Shown: positions 37,662 to 48,376, counted from the first letter of the stretch. The stretch: DNA of 64,000 nucleotides from Bacteroidales bacterium (GCA_021740645.1 JAIOZL010000022.1:2806-66805), one strand, 5' to 3'. Numbers and translations are program-made. The notes: generated from the sequence alone by a model not told the origin.

Positions 37662-37692
37662 ACTTCTTTTTAAATCAAATCAATCATAAGGA

Positions 37693-38925
37693 ATGAGCAA
37701 TATAAATAAAGTAGTATCAGCCGGGAACAAAGGTGATGATATCCGTTCGGATTGTTACGTTTCACTGGAACTAAAAGACAGGGGTGGCCTTAACATCGAC
37801 ATCCAGAGTAAGGTCATGGTTATGTATGGCAATTCAATACGAAAGTTAGCTGAAGACATTTTAATGTTTTATGGATTAGAACATGCCCACCTGGCCATTA
37901 TCGATAGTGGTGCGCTACCATTTGTAATTTCTGCACGTATAGAAGCAGTTGTTAAACAATTGGTAAAAACAACAAAGGAGTACCTGTTGGAAATTTTACC
38001 TGAGAATCAAACTGAAACTACAAAAGATGTCTTCAGGTTCTCAAGGCTTTACCTGCCTGGAAATTCACCCAAACTCATGCTCAATGCAGGAATTCATGGC
38101 CCTAATGGCCTGATCCTTGACCTGGAGGATGCAGTAGCTCCCGATAAAAAATTTGAAGCCCGTTTTGTCGTCAGAAACGCGTTACGCCAACTTAATTTCT
38201 ATGGTGCAGAAAGAATGGTTAGGATTAATCAGGTTCCCGAAGGTTTAAATGACCTCGATTACCTCGTGCCCCATCATGTGAACCTGATTCTTGTGCCTAA
38301 ATGCGAAAGCAAGGAACAAATTTTACTGGTAAACAAAAGGATAGACGAAATAAAGAAAGAAAAGAATATCGCCTGCAATATTTGGTTGATGCCCATAATT
38401 GAAAGTGCATTGGGTGTAATCAAAGCCTATGAAATATCAAGTGCTGCTGATAATATTGTTTCCCTGGCTATTGGTCTGGAAGATTATACCGCAGACCTTG
38501 GAACACGCCGTAGCAATGAAGGAAATGAATCCTTCTTTGCAAGAAGTATGGTTGTAAATGCAGCAAAAGCAGCTAGAATACAACCCATCGATTCCGTTTT
38601 TAGTGATGTTTCTGATATGGAAGCCCTAAAACAAAATGTACAGGTTTCAAAAAGTTTAGGATTTGAAGGAATGGGCTGCATTCATCCACGCCAGATTAAA
38701 GTTATTCATGAGAATTTTGCTCCTGATAAAGCGGAAATTGAAAAGGCCACCAAAATTGTAAATGCTTTTATCCTGGCTAAAGAAAAAGGATTAGGTGTTG
38801 TATCCCTCGGCTCAAAAATGATTGATGCCCCGGTGGTCAAACGAGCTCAGAAAATTGTAGACCTGGCCATATCATTGGGTTTATTGGATAATAACTGGAG
38901 AGAAAATTTAGCTAATAATTCTTAG
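37693..38925 (+). CDS. citDE: Fused citrate lyase acyl-carrier (gamma, CitD) and citryl-CoA lyase (beta, CitE) subunits
   Basis: Residues 1 to about 95 resemble CitD (AG..SD.. then DSGALPFVISARIEAVV). The remainder is HpcH/CitE (RLYLPGNSPKLM, LILDLEDAV, MPIIES). Confidence 0.7.
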   Translation: MSNINKVVSAGNKGDDIRSDCYVSLELKDRGGLNIDIQSKVMVMYGNSIRKLAEDILMFYGLEHAHLAIIDSGALPFVISARIEAVVKQLVKTTKEYLLEILPENQTETTKDVFRFSRLYLPGNSPKLMLNAGIHGPNGLILDLEDAVAPDKKFEARFVVRNALRQLNFYGAERMVRINQVPEGLNDLDYLVPHHVNLILVPKCESKEQILLVNKRIDEIKKEKNIACNIWLMPIIESALGVIKAYEISSAADNIVSLAIGLEDYTADLGTRRSNEGNESFFARSMVVNAAKAARIQPIDSVFSDVSDMEALKQNVQVSKSLGFEGMGCIHPRQIKVIHENFAPDKAEIEKATKIVNAFILAKEKGLGVVSLGSKMIDAPVVKRAQKIVDLAISLGLLDNNWRENLANNS

Positions 38926-38981
38926 AACAGGTTTTGTCTTAATCCGGCATAACCTGATTCATCAATAAATACAGATGCAGA

Positions 38982-40538
38982 ATGAAAAAATACGATAAAG
39001 TAGTCAAAAACGCTGCAGGGCGCCTGGTCCCAACTATTATAAACGGCGAAGAACATATCCCCTATCAGGGTGTTGGAAAATACAAACCAACCGGCAGAAA
39101 GCATGCGCCGTCTATTTCGTCCTGTGCCGATTATCCGGCAGATGGAAATAAAACCCTTTCCAGTTTAAAAGAGGCCCTGATTAAGGCTGGCCTTAAAGAT
39201 GGAATGACGATTTCCTCCCATCATCATTTCAGAAATGGAGACCTTATTGCAAAACAGGTTTTTGACATTGCTCATGAAATGGGAGTAAAAGACCTGAGAT
39301 GGTACCCATCTGCTTCATTTCCGTGCCAGGCTGATTTGATTAAATATCTCGAAGATGGTACCATTAACCGTATAGAAGGAAGTATGAATGGCCCTCTCGG
39401 AAAATTTACGTCTGAAGGAAAAATGAAAGGCATGAGTATTTTAAGGTCACATGGGGGCCGCTACCAGGCCATTCAGGATGGAGAAGTACAGATTGATATT
39501 GCTATCATTGCTGCACCTACGGCTGATGCCTTTGGAAATGCCACCGGGGACAGGGGCCCCGCAGCTTGTGGTCTGCTTGGGTTTGCTTTGGGTGATTCGC
39601 AATATGCAGATAAAGTAATAGTAGTTACTGATAACCTCGTTCCATTCCCTTGTATACCATGGCAAATCCATGGGAATTATGTGGATTATGTGGTAGTCGT
39701 TGACAAAGTTGGCTTGCCGGAGCGAATTGTTTCCGGCACTACACAAATTACCAAAAGTCCCGACCGTTTGCTTATTGCTGAAATGACTGCGCAGTTCTGT
39801 GACGAAGCAGAAATCATAAAAGATGGATTTTCTTACCAGGCAGGTGCCGGAGGAACTGCGTTATCCATTGGTAATTACTTTAGGGATATTTTAAAAGACC
39901 GGGGATGGAAAGCTCGATTTATTCGTGCAGGGAGCAATAAATATCCTGTGCAAATGCTGGAGGAAGGCCTGGTGGATTATATTCTCGACGGGCAAACATT
40001 TGACCTGGAAGGGGTTCGTTCAATGCGGGAAAATGCCGGCCACGTAAATACCAGCCCGTTCACCAGTTACAACTATCATGGAAAAGGCAATTTTGCCTCG
40101 ATGGTGGATGTTGTTATTCTTGGAGCTACAGAGGTAGATGTGGATTTCAACGCCAATGTAGTTACTCATTCTGATGGATATTTACTCCATGGTATAGGAG
40201 GTTGGCAAAATTGTTTATTCGCCAAAACAACCATTATTCCCATCCCTCTTTTCCGCGACCGAATGCCTGTTATTTTGGATGAAGTAACCACACTATGCGG
40301 GCCCGGAGAATTGATTGACGTAATTGTTACGGAAAGAGGAATTGCAATTAATCCCTTGAGGAAAGACCTTTTAGAAAAAATGAAAAATTCCTCATTACCA
40401 ATTAAAACAATACACGAGCTTAAAGGGGAAGCGGAACGTATTTGTGGAAAACCCGAAAAACCAGCCTTAAGTGATGAATTTGTTTCAGTAATCAAATGGG
40501 TAGATGGGACTGTGATCGATGCCGTTAGAAAGGTATAA
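38982..40538 (+). CDS. citF: Citrate lyase alpha subunit (citrate CoA-transferase)
   Basis: 518 aa. CoA-transferase fold with CitF-like length and blocks (SSHHHFRNGD, GGRYQAI). Immediately downstream of citDE. Confidence 0.8.
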   Translation: MKKYDKVVKNAAGRLVPTIINGEEHIPYQGVGKYKPTGRKHAPSISSCADYPADGNKTLSSLKEALIKAGLKDGMTISSHHHFRNGDLIAKQVFDIAHEMGVKDLRWYPSASFPCQADLIKYLEDGTINRIEGSMNGPLGKFTSEGKMKGMSILRSHGGRYQAIQDGEVQIDIAIIAAPTADAFGNATGDRGPAACGLLGFALGDSQYADKVIVVTDNLVPFPCIPWQIHGNYVDYVVVVDKVGLPERIVSGTTQITKSPDRLLIAEMTAQFCDEAEIIKDGFSYQAGAGGTALSIGNYFRDILKDRGWKARFIRAGSNKYPVQMLEEGLVDYILDGQTFDLEGVRSMRENAGHVNTSPFTSYNYHGKGNFASMVDVVILGATEVDVDFNANVVTHSDGYLLHGIGGWQNCLFAKTTIIPIPLFRDRMPVILDEVTTLCGPGELIDVIVTERGIAINPLRKDLLEKMKNSSLPIKTIHELKGEAERICGKPEKPALSDEFVSVIKWVDGTVIDAVRKV

Positions 40539-40544
40539 AAACAC

Positions 40545-40575
40545 GAAACCCTGGTAGCGCAAATACCAGGGTTTC
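40545..40575. terminator. Bidirectional terminator hairpin between citF and the convergent lipoprotein gene
   Basis: Perfect 12-bp stem GAAACCCTGGTA / TACCAGGGTTTC with a 7-nt loop. Confidence 0.75.
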
Positions 40576-40593
40576 AACTCCTATTCACATTAT

Positions 40594-41343
40594 CTAATTC
40601 CAATTGATAATTCCACCTGAACCGGAGATATTTGCGTTAATTTGCGGATTACCTTTATAGTAAACATTTCCACTTCCGCTTATTCCTACCTCCAGGTAAT
40701 CTTGAACGAATACCTCACTGTTGCCTGACCCACTTATGGTAATATATGTCTTCTGTGTTTCAAGGTTTAATGCACGCACATTTCCTGAACCACTTATATC
40801 AATATATTGCTCATAGGCTTCCCCGGTTAAATAAATTTGTCCTGAACCTGAAATTTCACTTTCCACACGTTGCGCATTTACCGATAGTATGATACTCCCT
40901 GAGCCACTGATTTTAGCATATACATCGCCCATGGCAGTAAAATGATCTTTGGTTTCGATTTTCCCGGAACCACTTACGGTTGCAAAATCAAAATTTGGAG
41001 TAGTAATTTGAATGACCACTCCTGCATGATTGGTTACCGGCCTGTAATAACCAATGCGCCATAATCCTTCAGAAGTCACATACTTCTCAATATTATCGAT
41101 AATGTTTTGTTGTCCTTCGATGATCACTGACTGGGTATCTCCCTTAACAATGATAACTGAAGCATCAATACTTAAGGACACCCCTGAAATTGGAGGAATA
41201 TCAAATGCCTGTTCAACGATCGGGCCCTGCCCTTTAATTCGTCTTCCATCCTTTGTACATGATGTAATCAATATCACTGAAAGGATTGCCAGTAAAATGA
41301 GAAATAAAATTCGTGTTGTTTTCATGTTTAATTTAGTTTTCAT
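40594..41343 (-). CDS. DUF2807 / GIN-domain (adhesin-head-like) lipoprotein
   Basis: Lipobox ITSC. Eight repeats of the (I/V)SGSG(x)(I/V) beta-helix signature. Confidence 0.7.
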   Translation of the reverse strand: MKTKLNMKTTRILFLILLAILSVILITSCTKDGRRIKGQGPIVEQAFDIPPISGVSLSIDASVIIVKGDTQSVIIEGQQNIIDNIEKYVTSEGLWRIGYYRPVTNHAGVVIQITTPNFDFATVSGSGKIETKDHFTAMGDVYAKISGSGSIILSVNAQRVESEISGSGQIYLTGEAYEQYIDISGSGNVRALNLETQKTYITISGSGNSEVFVQDYLEVGISGSGNVYYKGNPQINANISGSGGIINWN

Positions 41344-41521
41344 ATGCCATTATTGACAACAAAAAATTTTAGCAGTTGCAATTTTTAAACATGTTTAAAA
41401 CTTTTTTTTCGAAGAAATATAAAATACGATATAGTTTTAGTTATCCAGGAAAGATCCTCAATAATAAACCAGGAAAAATTCAATTAGAATAAATGCAGTT
41501 ATAAAACCCGGCAAACTGTGG

Positions 41522-42784
41522 CTATTTATCCAAAATAAAATAGGCCCTGATGCAAAGATCAAACTTAAGATACGCCAGGTTGGAATTTTCTCCGACTTCA
41601 TACCACAAATTTGGCCATTTCTCAAAATCCGGATTAATCCAGGCCCTGTTCTGTGTAATATCCGGATCGGCATAATCTTTTTGGTATTGCTCTATGGGCA
41701 TCGGAAATCCCTGATCAGGCGTTTGGTAGCGCACAACTACGAAAAAATCTTCTCCTTTTTGAAAAGAAACAGGTTTATCAAGATTAATTGTATAGTATCC
41801 GGGATAGATACAACGAATGGCATCACTTTTACCCTCCAGCCCGGAAAGCACTTTTTCAACAGGTTCAAATTTTTTGTAAACTTCAGCATATATGCGGGTT
41901 CCGGGATGCTTTACGAAAACCCCAACCCGATTTACACTACCTTTGTCTGAAGCTGTAAAATTAACCATTCCCCAACAAATCGAATCATTAAAGCCATAAG
42001 TTAAAATGGGCCCCAATGTATCATAATATAAGATTTGTAAGCGGGGGTTGAACGTTTCCCATTCAGGCCATATGGCATTGTGTTCTAAAATATTTTTATC
42101 CTGATAGGGAATATACACCCTGCCATTATCACCAAATAATTCACCCAGTGTATTTTGAGCAATCCACACTCCCCTGCCCGATTTGGTGGTTAAGGTATCA
42201 TTCCATCCTATCAGGGCAAGCGCATGATTAATTCCTGATTTTTCGGTATAATGAATTTGGGTAACAGTATCTACGTTCGATTTCCTGAAATACAGCATAG
42301 TATATACCGGACTGCAATCGTGGATCACACGCTTAATTAAGTATGGATCCCCGGGCAGATACCTTGCTCCTGTATTTAAATAGCTTAATTCAGGATTGAT
42401 TATTTCTGTGGTGTCATTGAACTCATTCTTCCTTACCGGGCCCGATCCTCTTGTATAATAAGCGGTAGCCATCATATAATTACCATTGACATTCCGTTCC
42501 CTAACAAATCCGTGAAACAATTGAAGGTTTTTATCTGACACATGTTCAGCGTTAAACCCCATTCTCAACCAATAGGACTCAACCACGGTATTGCTGGCAC
42601 TGGCCCAACATCCACCAGTAGGTTGCGTTTTCACAGGGCAGAGTTGATCCGGAAATTCCAGGCAGAATGCTAATGGTATTTCTTTGGTGGTATCCGTTTC
42701 CTGGCAATTATATTCCTGGGCTGTTAGCATACAGAAATGAAAAACAATTCCTACGAATGTGATATATCTTTTTAAATTTACCAT
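41522..42784 (-). CDS. Secreted papain-like (C1 family) cysteine peptidase with an extra C-terminal domain
   Basis: Signal peptide. Candidate catalytic Cys in TQPTGGCWASAS, His in NHALALIGW, Asn in IAQNTLG. Confidence 0.6.
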   Translation of the reverse strand: MVNLKRYITFVGIVFHFCMLTAQEYNCQETDTTKEIPLAFCLEFPDQLCPVKTQPTGGCWASASNTVVESYWLRMGFNAEHVSDKNLQLFHGFVRERNVNGNYMMATAYYTRGSGPVRKNEFNDTTEIINPELSYLNTGARYLPGDPYLIKRVIHDCSPVYTMLYFRKSNVDTVTQIHYTEKSGINHALALIGWNDTLTTKSGRGVWIAQNTLGELFGDNGRVYIPYQDKNILEHNAIWPEWETFNPRLQILYYDTLGPILTYGFNDSICWGMVNFTASDKGSVNRVGVFVKHPGTRIYAEVYKKFEPVEKVLSGLEGKSDAIRCIYPGYYTINLDKPVSFQKGEDFFVVVRYQTPDQGFPMPIEQYQKDYADPDITQNRAWINPDFEKWPNLWYEVGENSNLAYLKFDLCIRAYFILDK

Positions 42785-43037
42785 TTTCAGGTTTCAAAAA
42801 TAGGTGTAAAAAATGAAGATTCTAACCACAATAAATAGCCATTGGCTATCAGCGTCTTACGCACTTTTCCAAAATTATTAACAAGTCAATTATCTGGGCC
42901 TTATTTACCTAATTTTGTCGGTGAAAGAGGAGTTTAGATTTTATTCCTAATAAAAATCCGGTACTTGACTGGGGTTTAGCATCTTGGAGTGAAAACAGAT
43001 TTTTCTCTACAAATTGATCAAATATAGCGCTAAGATT

Positions 43038-46000
43038 ATGCCTGAATTTACGCATCTTCACGTACATACACAATACTCCATACTTGATGGAGCTTCCAAC
43101 ATTAGCCTGCTGCTTCAAAAGGCAAAGAAATCAGGAATGAATGCTTTGGCTATTACCGACCATGGAAATATGTATGGCGTGCTTAAATTTTTTAATGAAG
43201 CGAAAAAACAGGGCGTTAAACCCATCATTGGCTGTGAGGTATATATAGCTTTAGAAAGCAGGAATAAAAGGGAAAAAACAAGAGGTAAGCATTATCACCA
43301 CCTGATTTTACTGGCCAAGAACAAAACGGGCTACCATAACCTGGCAAGACTGACTTCCCTGGGCTATCTCGAAGGGTTTTATTATCGTCCGAGGATCGAT
43401 AAAGAAATACTTGAAAAGTACAGTGAAGGAATTATTGTTTCCACTGCCTGTTTGGGCGGAGAAATTCCTCAGGCCATAATGAACCATGGAGAAGAAAAGG
43501 CACAGGAAGCCATCGACTGGTTTAAACGGGTATTTAAGGATGACTTTTACCTGGAAATGCAAAACCATGGAATTGCTGAACAAAAAACAGTGAATAAAAC
43601 TTTACTTAAACTTGCCGCTCAAAATAACATTAAGGTAATAGCTACCAACGATGTCCACTATATCAACAAAGAAGATTACGATGCCCATGATATCCTTATC
43701 AGGCTGAATACGGGAGCGGATATTAACGATAAAAAAGATGACCTGCATTATTCCGGACAGGAATACTTGAAATCGCCGGAAGAGATGGCCGGGCTTTTTC
43801 CTGAAGCTCCTGAAGCTATCTCGAACACGCAGGAAATTTTGGCAAAAATTGAAGACTATAGCATTCACAGCAAAATCATTTTGCCTACCTTCCCTTTGCC
43901 TGACAATTTTAAAGATGAAAACGAATATCTGCGCCACCTGACTTACGAAGGAGCAAAAAAGTTTTATCCTGACTTAAGGGATGAAGTGAAAGAGCGTCTT
44001 GATTTTGAGCTTTCAGTAATTAAGAAAATGGGATTCCCGGGCTATTTCCTGATCGTGCAGGATTTCATCAATAAAGCCAGGGAAATGGATGTAACGGTAG
44101 GGCCTGGCAGGGGTTCTGCTGCAGGTTCGGCAGTCGCTTTTTGTACAGGAATTACCAGCATTGATCCTATCCGGTACAACCTGCTCTTCGAACGATTTTT
44201 AAATCCTGAGCGGATTTCTATGCCTGATATTGATGTGGATTTTGATGATGAAGGCCGCGAGAGGGTATTGGAATATGTGGTTAAAAAATATGGGAAGGAA
44301 AAAGTTGCCCAAATTGTGACCTTTGGAACAATGGCTGCGAAATTAGCCATCCGCGATGTAGCCAGGGTATTAAAGCTTCCTTTGCCCGATGCTGACCGCC
44401 TGGCTAAAATGGTTCCAGAACGCCCGGGTATTACCTTAAAACAAGCATTTAAAGAAGTTCCTGAGCTTAATGATATTCGCCAAAACGGAAATGAACTGGA
44501 AAAGAAAACACTGCTTTTTGCCGAAACACTCGAAGGATCGGCAAGGCATACAGGAACACATGCCTGTGGGGTGATCATCGGCCCGGATGACTTAATAAAT
44601 CACGTTCCTTTGGCCACCGCCAAAGACTCTGAACTGGCTGTCACCCAGTATGAAGGAAAATTGGTAGAGTCGGTGGGGATGCTGAAAATGGACTTTCTGG
44701 GTTTAAAAACCCTGTCTATTTTAAATGATGCCATAAAAAATATTCATCGGAGGCATGGTATTAAAATCAATATTGAAACCATACCCCTTGATGATGAAAA
44801 AACTTACCAACTTTATCAAAGAGGTGATACCATTGGGACTTTTCAATTTGAATCAGAAGGGATGAGGAACTACCTAAAAGAACTCAAACCCACAAATATA
44901 GAGGACCTGATTGCGATGAATGCCCTTTATCGCCCGGGGCCTATGGAATTCATCCCAACGTTTATTAAAAGAAAGCACGGAAAAGAAAAAGTTGAGTACC
45001 CCCACCCCCTTCTGGAAGATATCCTCAAGCCCACTTTAGGCATTATGGTGTACCAGGAACAGATCATGCAAACTGCTCAGATACTTGGAGAATTTCCGCT
45101 CGGAAAAGCTGATATCCTGCGGCGAGCTATGGGGAAAAAGAACATGGAGATCATGGAAGCCATGAAAGCTGAATTTGTAGAGGGGGCCGCAAAAAAAGAT
45201 ATCGACCAAAAAAAGGCGGAAGAGGTTTTTGGCACCATGCAGGAATTTGCAAATTACGGGTTTAACCGTTCTCATTCGGCCGCTTATTCCGTAATTGCCT
45301 ACCAAACAGCATACGTTAAAGCGCACTACCCTGCCGAATACATGGCGGCTGTTCTTACGCATAACCTTAACGACATAAAAAAGATCACCTTTTTTGTGGA
45401 TGAATGCCTGCGCCAGAACATTCCCGTTTTGGGGCCGGATGTGAATGAAAGCTATCTTAACTTTATGGTCAATGATAAAGGAGAGATCAGGTTTGGGCTG
45501 GCAGCCATAAAAAATGTAGGGGAATCAGCGGCTGAAAGTATTATTTCCGAAAGAGAAGAAAACGGACATTATAACAGTATATTCGATTTTGCAAAGAGAG
45601 TAAACCTTAAATCGGTAAATAAAAGAAGTATGGAATCACTGGCTATGGCCGGGGCCTTTGATGGCTTTGAAAACACCCATCGTGCCCAGTTCTTTTACCG
45701 TGAAAATACTGACGATACAATTTTCCTTGAAAAAGTAGTGAAGTTTGCCAACGATTTCCAGGTTCAGCAAAATTCTTCCCAGGCAAGCCTGTTTGGAGAG
45801 ACCAATGAAGTTCAGGTACAGGATCCCCCTATGCCCGATTGCCCCCCCTGGATCAAGCTCGAACAACTTAAAAATGAAAAAGAAGTCACAGGCTTTTACA
45901 TGTCCGGACATCCCCTGGAGGATTTTAAACTCGAAATGGATAACTTTTGCAATGTTTCTATCACTGAAATTAAAAACAACAAGGAAAAGTACAGGAACAA

Positions 46001-46499
46001 AAATGTAACTTTTGCAGGGATACTTACCGCCGTCAACCACCGTACCTCTAAAACCGGAAATGCCTTTGCGACTTTTACGATGGAAGATTTTACCGATTCG
46101 GATAATTATATCCTCTTTTCTGAAGATTATTTAAAGATGAAACATTTCCTGGTAGAAGGTTCCTCATTATTGGTTAAAGCAAGTATCGTGGAACGAAAGT
46201 TTAAAAACGGGCAACTGGATATTCGCATCAACAATATTATACTGCTTTCTGAAGCCCTGGAAAGAAATACCAGTGAGATCCTAATAAAACTCCCGCTGAG
46301 CTCCATTACGGATGAATTGGTGGGATCGCTGGAAGAACTTACTTCACAGGCAAAGGGTAATTGCAAGCTTAAATTTCAGGTAAGCGACTCCATCGAAAAA
46401 ACCGATGTAACCCTGCCAGCGCCTAGCATCACAGTAAATGCTGTGGATTTTCTAAAAGGAATATTACAGTTTGAGGACGTTGAATACAAACTGAGCTAA
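43038..46499 (+). CDS. dnaE: DNA polymerase III alpha subunit
   Basis: PHP domain HLHVHTQYSILDG, polymerase core, and OB-fold tail. ATG at 43038 preferred over the track's TTG at 43014. Confidence 0.95.
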   Translation: MPEFTHLHVHTQYSILDGASNISLLLQKAKKSGMNALAITDHGNMYGVLKFFNEAKKQGVKPIIGCEVYIALESRNKREKTRGKHYHHLILLAKNKTGYHNLARLTSLGYLEGFYYRPRIDKEILEKYSEGIIVSTACLGGEIPQAIMNHGEEKAQEAIDWFKRVFKDDFYLEMQNHGIAEQKTVNKTLLKLAAQNNIKVIATNDVHYINKEDYDAHDILIRLNTGADINDKKDDLHYSGQEYLKSPEEMAGLFPEAPEAISNTQEILAKIEDYSIHSKIILPTFPLPDNFKDENEYLRHLTYEGAKKFYPDLRDEVKERLDFELSVIKKMGFPGYFLIVQDFINKAREMDVTVGPGRGSAAGSAVAFCTGITSIDPIRYNLLFERFLNPERISMPDIDVDFDDEGRERVLEYVVKKYGKEKVAQIVTFGTMAAKLAIRDVARVLKLPLPDADRLAKMVPERPGITLKQAFKEVPELNDIRQNGNELEKKTLLFAETLEGSARHTGTHACGVIIGPDDLINHVPLATAKDSELAVTQYEGKLVESVGMLKMDFLGLKTLSILNDAIKNIHRRHGIKINIETIPLDDEKTYQLYQRGDTIGTFQFESEGMRNYLKELKPTNIEDLIAMNALYRPGPMEFIPTFIKRKHGKEKVEYPHPLLEDILKPTLGIMVYQEQIMQTAQILGEFPLGKADILRRAMGKKNMEIMEAMKAEFVEGAAKKDIDQKKAEEVFGTMQEFANYGFNRSHSAAYSVIAYQTAYVKAHYPAEYMAAVLTHNLNDIKKITFFVDECLRQNIPVLGPDVNESYLNFMVNDKGEIRFGLAAIKNVGESAAESIISEREENGHYNSIFDFAKRVNLKSVNKRSMESLAMAGAFDGFENTHRAQFFYRENTDDTIFLEKVVKFANDFQVQQNSSQASLFGETNEVQVQDPPMPDCPPWIKLEQLKNEKEVTGFYMSGHPLEDFKLEMDNFCNVSITEIKNNKEKYRNKNVTFAGILTAVNHRTSKTGNAFATFTMEDFTDSDNYILFSEDYLKMKHFLVEGSSLLVKASIVERKFKNGQLDIRINNIILLSEALERNTSEILIKLPLSSITDELVGSLEELTSQAKGNCKLKFQVSDSIEKTDVTLPAPSITVNAVDFLKGILQFEDVEYKLS

Positions 46500-46526
46500 A
46501 ATAAATTCAGGAAGCAGGGCTTCAAA

Positions 46527-47543
46527 TTATTCCAGTGGCATTACCGGTAAGTCACAGAACTTACTAAAGCGGTATGATATTCCAAAGGTAATGCTCGTTC
46601 CAGAAGCCACCTGGTTGCCATTTACATACTGATATAAGGGCAGTTCGGTTAATCCATAAAAAGTAACTTGCTGAAAGGTGTAACTTAATTGAGGTATGAA
46701 AAACATTTTTTTCGAGCCTGTAGATTCCGGATCTATGTTGTAATAAACCACCTGGTTAATGTTTTTCGCTGATTTCATTTTACCGATAAATTCCCCTTTT
46801 ATTTGGGTTGTAACGCCAAGCTTTCTGAAAAATGTTTTGCTGGCAAACAATCCGACACTGGAGTAATTTCCAAATTTTTGCCCCAACGAATTATATCCTT
46901 TATGAATATATAAGGCATTCGCGAAAAAATTGAGTTTCTTTTGGGGATAAGCCCTTAATCCGAAGAGGTACAAAAGCACGTCCTGTGAACCATTGGAAGG
47001 CTGAACCGTAGGCGCTGCAATGGTATAATACTTCTCCCCGGTTTCGGGATTTTCAAAAACCACAGTAGAATCCGAATTGGAACCTAAAGGAATTTTATAT
47101 CCTAATCCGATGGTTACCTCAGTCTTTTTAGTATCCGACGATTTAAAGTACACATCATATCTTGGAAAAATCAACAGATCGCCAAAGCCGGAAGTAGCAA
47201 TATCATCACTATTCCGTTCTTCCAGTTCTACCAGTCTCTTATCGAAGAAGTAGCCAAAAGAAAGCTCCAACGTTAGCTTTTCCGTAATGCCATATCCTGC
47301 CCTGAAATAGAGGTACTTACTGCTAAGCTCATCAAATAAAGGAACCGTGTCCCTATCCTCCACTAAAAACTTATTGCTGCTTGAATACCTGTAGTTCGCA
47401 GCAAATTCAACTTGTTTTTCTCTCAGCACACCCTGTGAAAATCCGCCTGCAATAGGGCTTCCGCTGCCCCCTGAACAACAACCCTGGGAATAAGCACTCA
47501 GGCCTATAATAATTCCTAATGCTGTTAGTAATATGTGACGCAT
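46527..47543 (-). CDS. Outer-membrane beta-barrel protein with an N-terminal GCCSGGSGSP motif
   Basis: Signal peptide, alternating beta-strand pattern, and a Cys-Cys pair right after the predicted cleavage site. Confidence 0.45.
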   Translation of the reverse strand: MRHILLTALGIIIGLSAYSQGCCSGGSGSPIAGGFSQGVLREKQVEFAANYRYSSSNKFLVEDRDTVPLFDELSSKYLYFRAGYGITEKLTLELSFGYFFDKRLVELEERNSDDIATSGFGDLLIFPRYDVYFKSSDTKKTEVTIGLGYKIPLGSNSDSTVVFENPETGEKYYTIAAPTVQPSNGSQDVLLYLFGLRAYPQKKLNFFANALYIHKGYNSLGQKFGNYSSVGLFASKTFFRKLGVTTQIKGEFIGKMKSAKNINQVVYYNIDPESTGSKKMFFIPQLSYTFQQVTFYGLTELPLYQYVNGNQVASGTSITFGISYRFSKFCDLPVMPLE

Positions 47544-47590
47544 AGATAAAATATTAAATGATGAAAGTAAGAAATAGAAAGGCCAGGAAA

Positions 47591-48376
47591 TTATCGAACA
47601 ACTGAAAACTTTACCATCTGGGTAGTTGAGTTTGATCTGATCCTTAAAAAATATACCCCATTACTTAACGACCTGATATCTGCACTTAATTCAACATGTC
47701 CGTTGGGTTGATAAGGTGCAGCCACGTCCAATACAGTTTGCCCGGTAAAATCCAGTACCTCAGCTGTAAGGGATGAGGCTTGAGCCAATTCAAAAGAAAA
47801 GGATAAAATATTATGTGCGGGATTGGGATACAAATTAATATGCAAATCATTTTCATGCTGATCGTTCATCCCGGTGTTGATGGTATTACATTCCAGTAAT
47901 GCTGTATTTATGGCATCTTCTATCCCGTTTGCAGTATAATTTTTATTGTAGTACACTTTATGTTCGGAACAACCTACCACTACAATCTTGGGCATGCCGG
48001 GAGTACCGTAATCATTCATACTGATCTCCGCATTTGAAAAATAAGCATCTGCCTCACCCATACTATTGGCATTTCCCCAGGCCGCTATAGTAGGACAAGA
48101 AGTGTTAGCATAGTCATCAACCAAATAATATAAAACCTGTCCGGGATGTGTGCCGGAAAAACTTTTGGCTGCCGTGTAGGCTTGCAACGACGGGCCAATA
48201 CAGGCTCCGCATGGCATTACCCAGGCAATAACAATCACCTTGCCTTCGTCCAGTTCTGAAAAAAGGTTGTGCAATTGTCCATTACAATCATTCACTGTGA
48301 AATCAGTGGCCGTAGTTTGCGCCAGTGTAGAAAAAGCATAGAAGAGGCCAATAGTAAAAAGTAGTGCTTGTTTCAT
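47591..48376 (-). CDS. Thioredoxin-fold CxxC protein with a T9SS C-terminal sorting domain
   Basis: Signal peptide. VIAWVMPCGACIGPS (CGAC). C-terminal LYPNPA...GVYFLRI sorting domain. Confidence 0.6.
   Translation of the reverse strand: MKQALLFTIGLFYAFSTLAQTTATDFTVNDCNGQLHNLFSELDEGKVIVIAWVMPCGACIGPSLQAYTAAKSFSGTHPGQVLYYLVDDYANTSCPTIAAWGNANSMGEADAYFSNAEISMNDYGTPGMPKIVVVGCSEHKVYYNKNYTANGIEDAINTALLECNTINTGMNDQHENDLHINLYPNPAHNILSFSFELAQASSLTAEVLDFTGQTVLDVAAPYQPNGHVELSADIRSLSNGVYFLRIRSNSTTQMVKFSVVR

Noticed and set aside
44042-44578. Antisense ORFs of 60-180 aa inside dnaE, the TonB receptor gene, sucC, citF, the kinase gene, purB, the ABC transporter gene and pyrK.
   Set aside because: They lie entirely within strongly supported genes on the opposite strand and have low-complexity or biased composition with no motifs. 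They are typical shadow ORFs.
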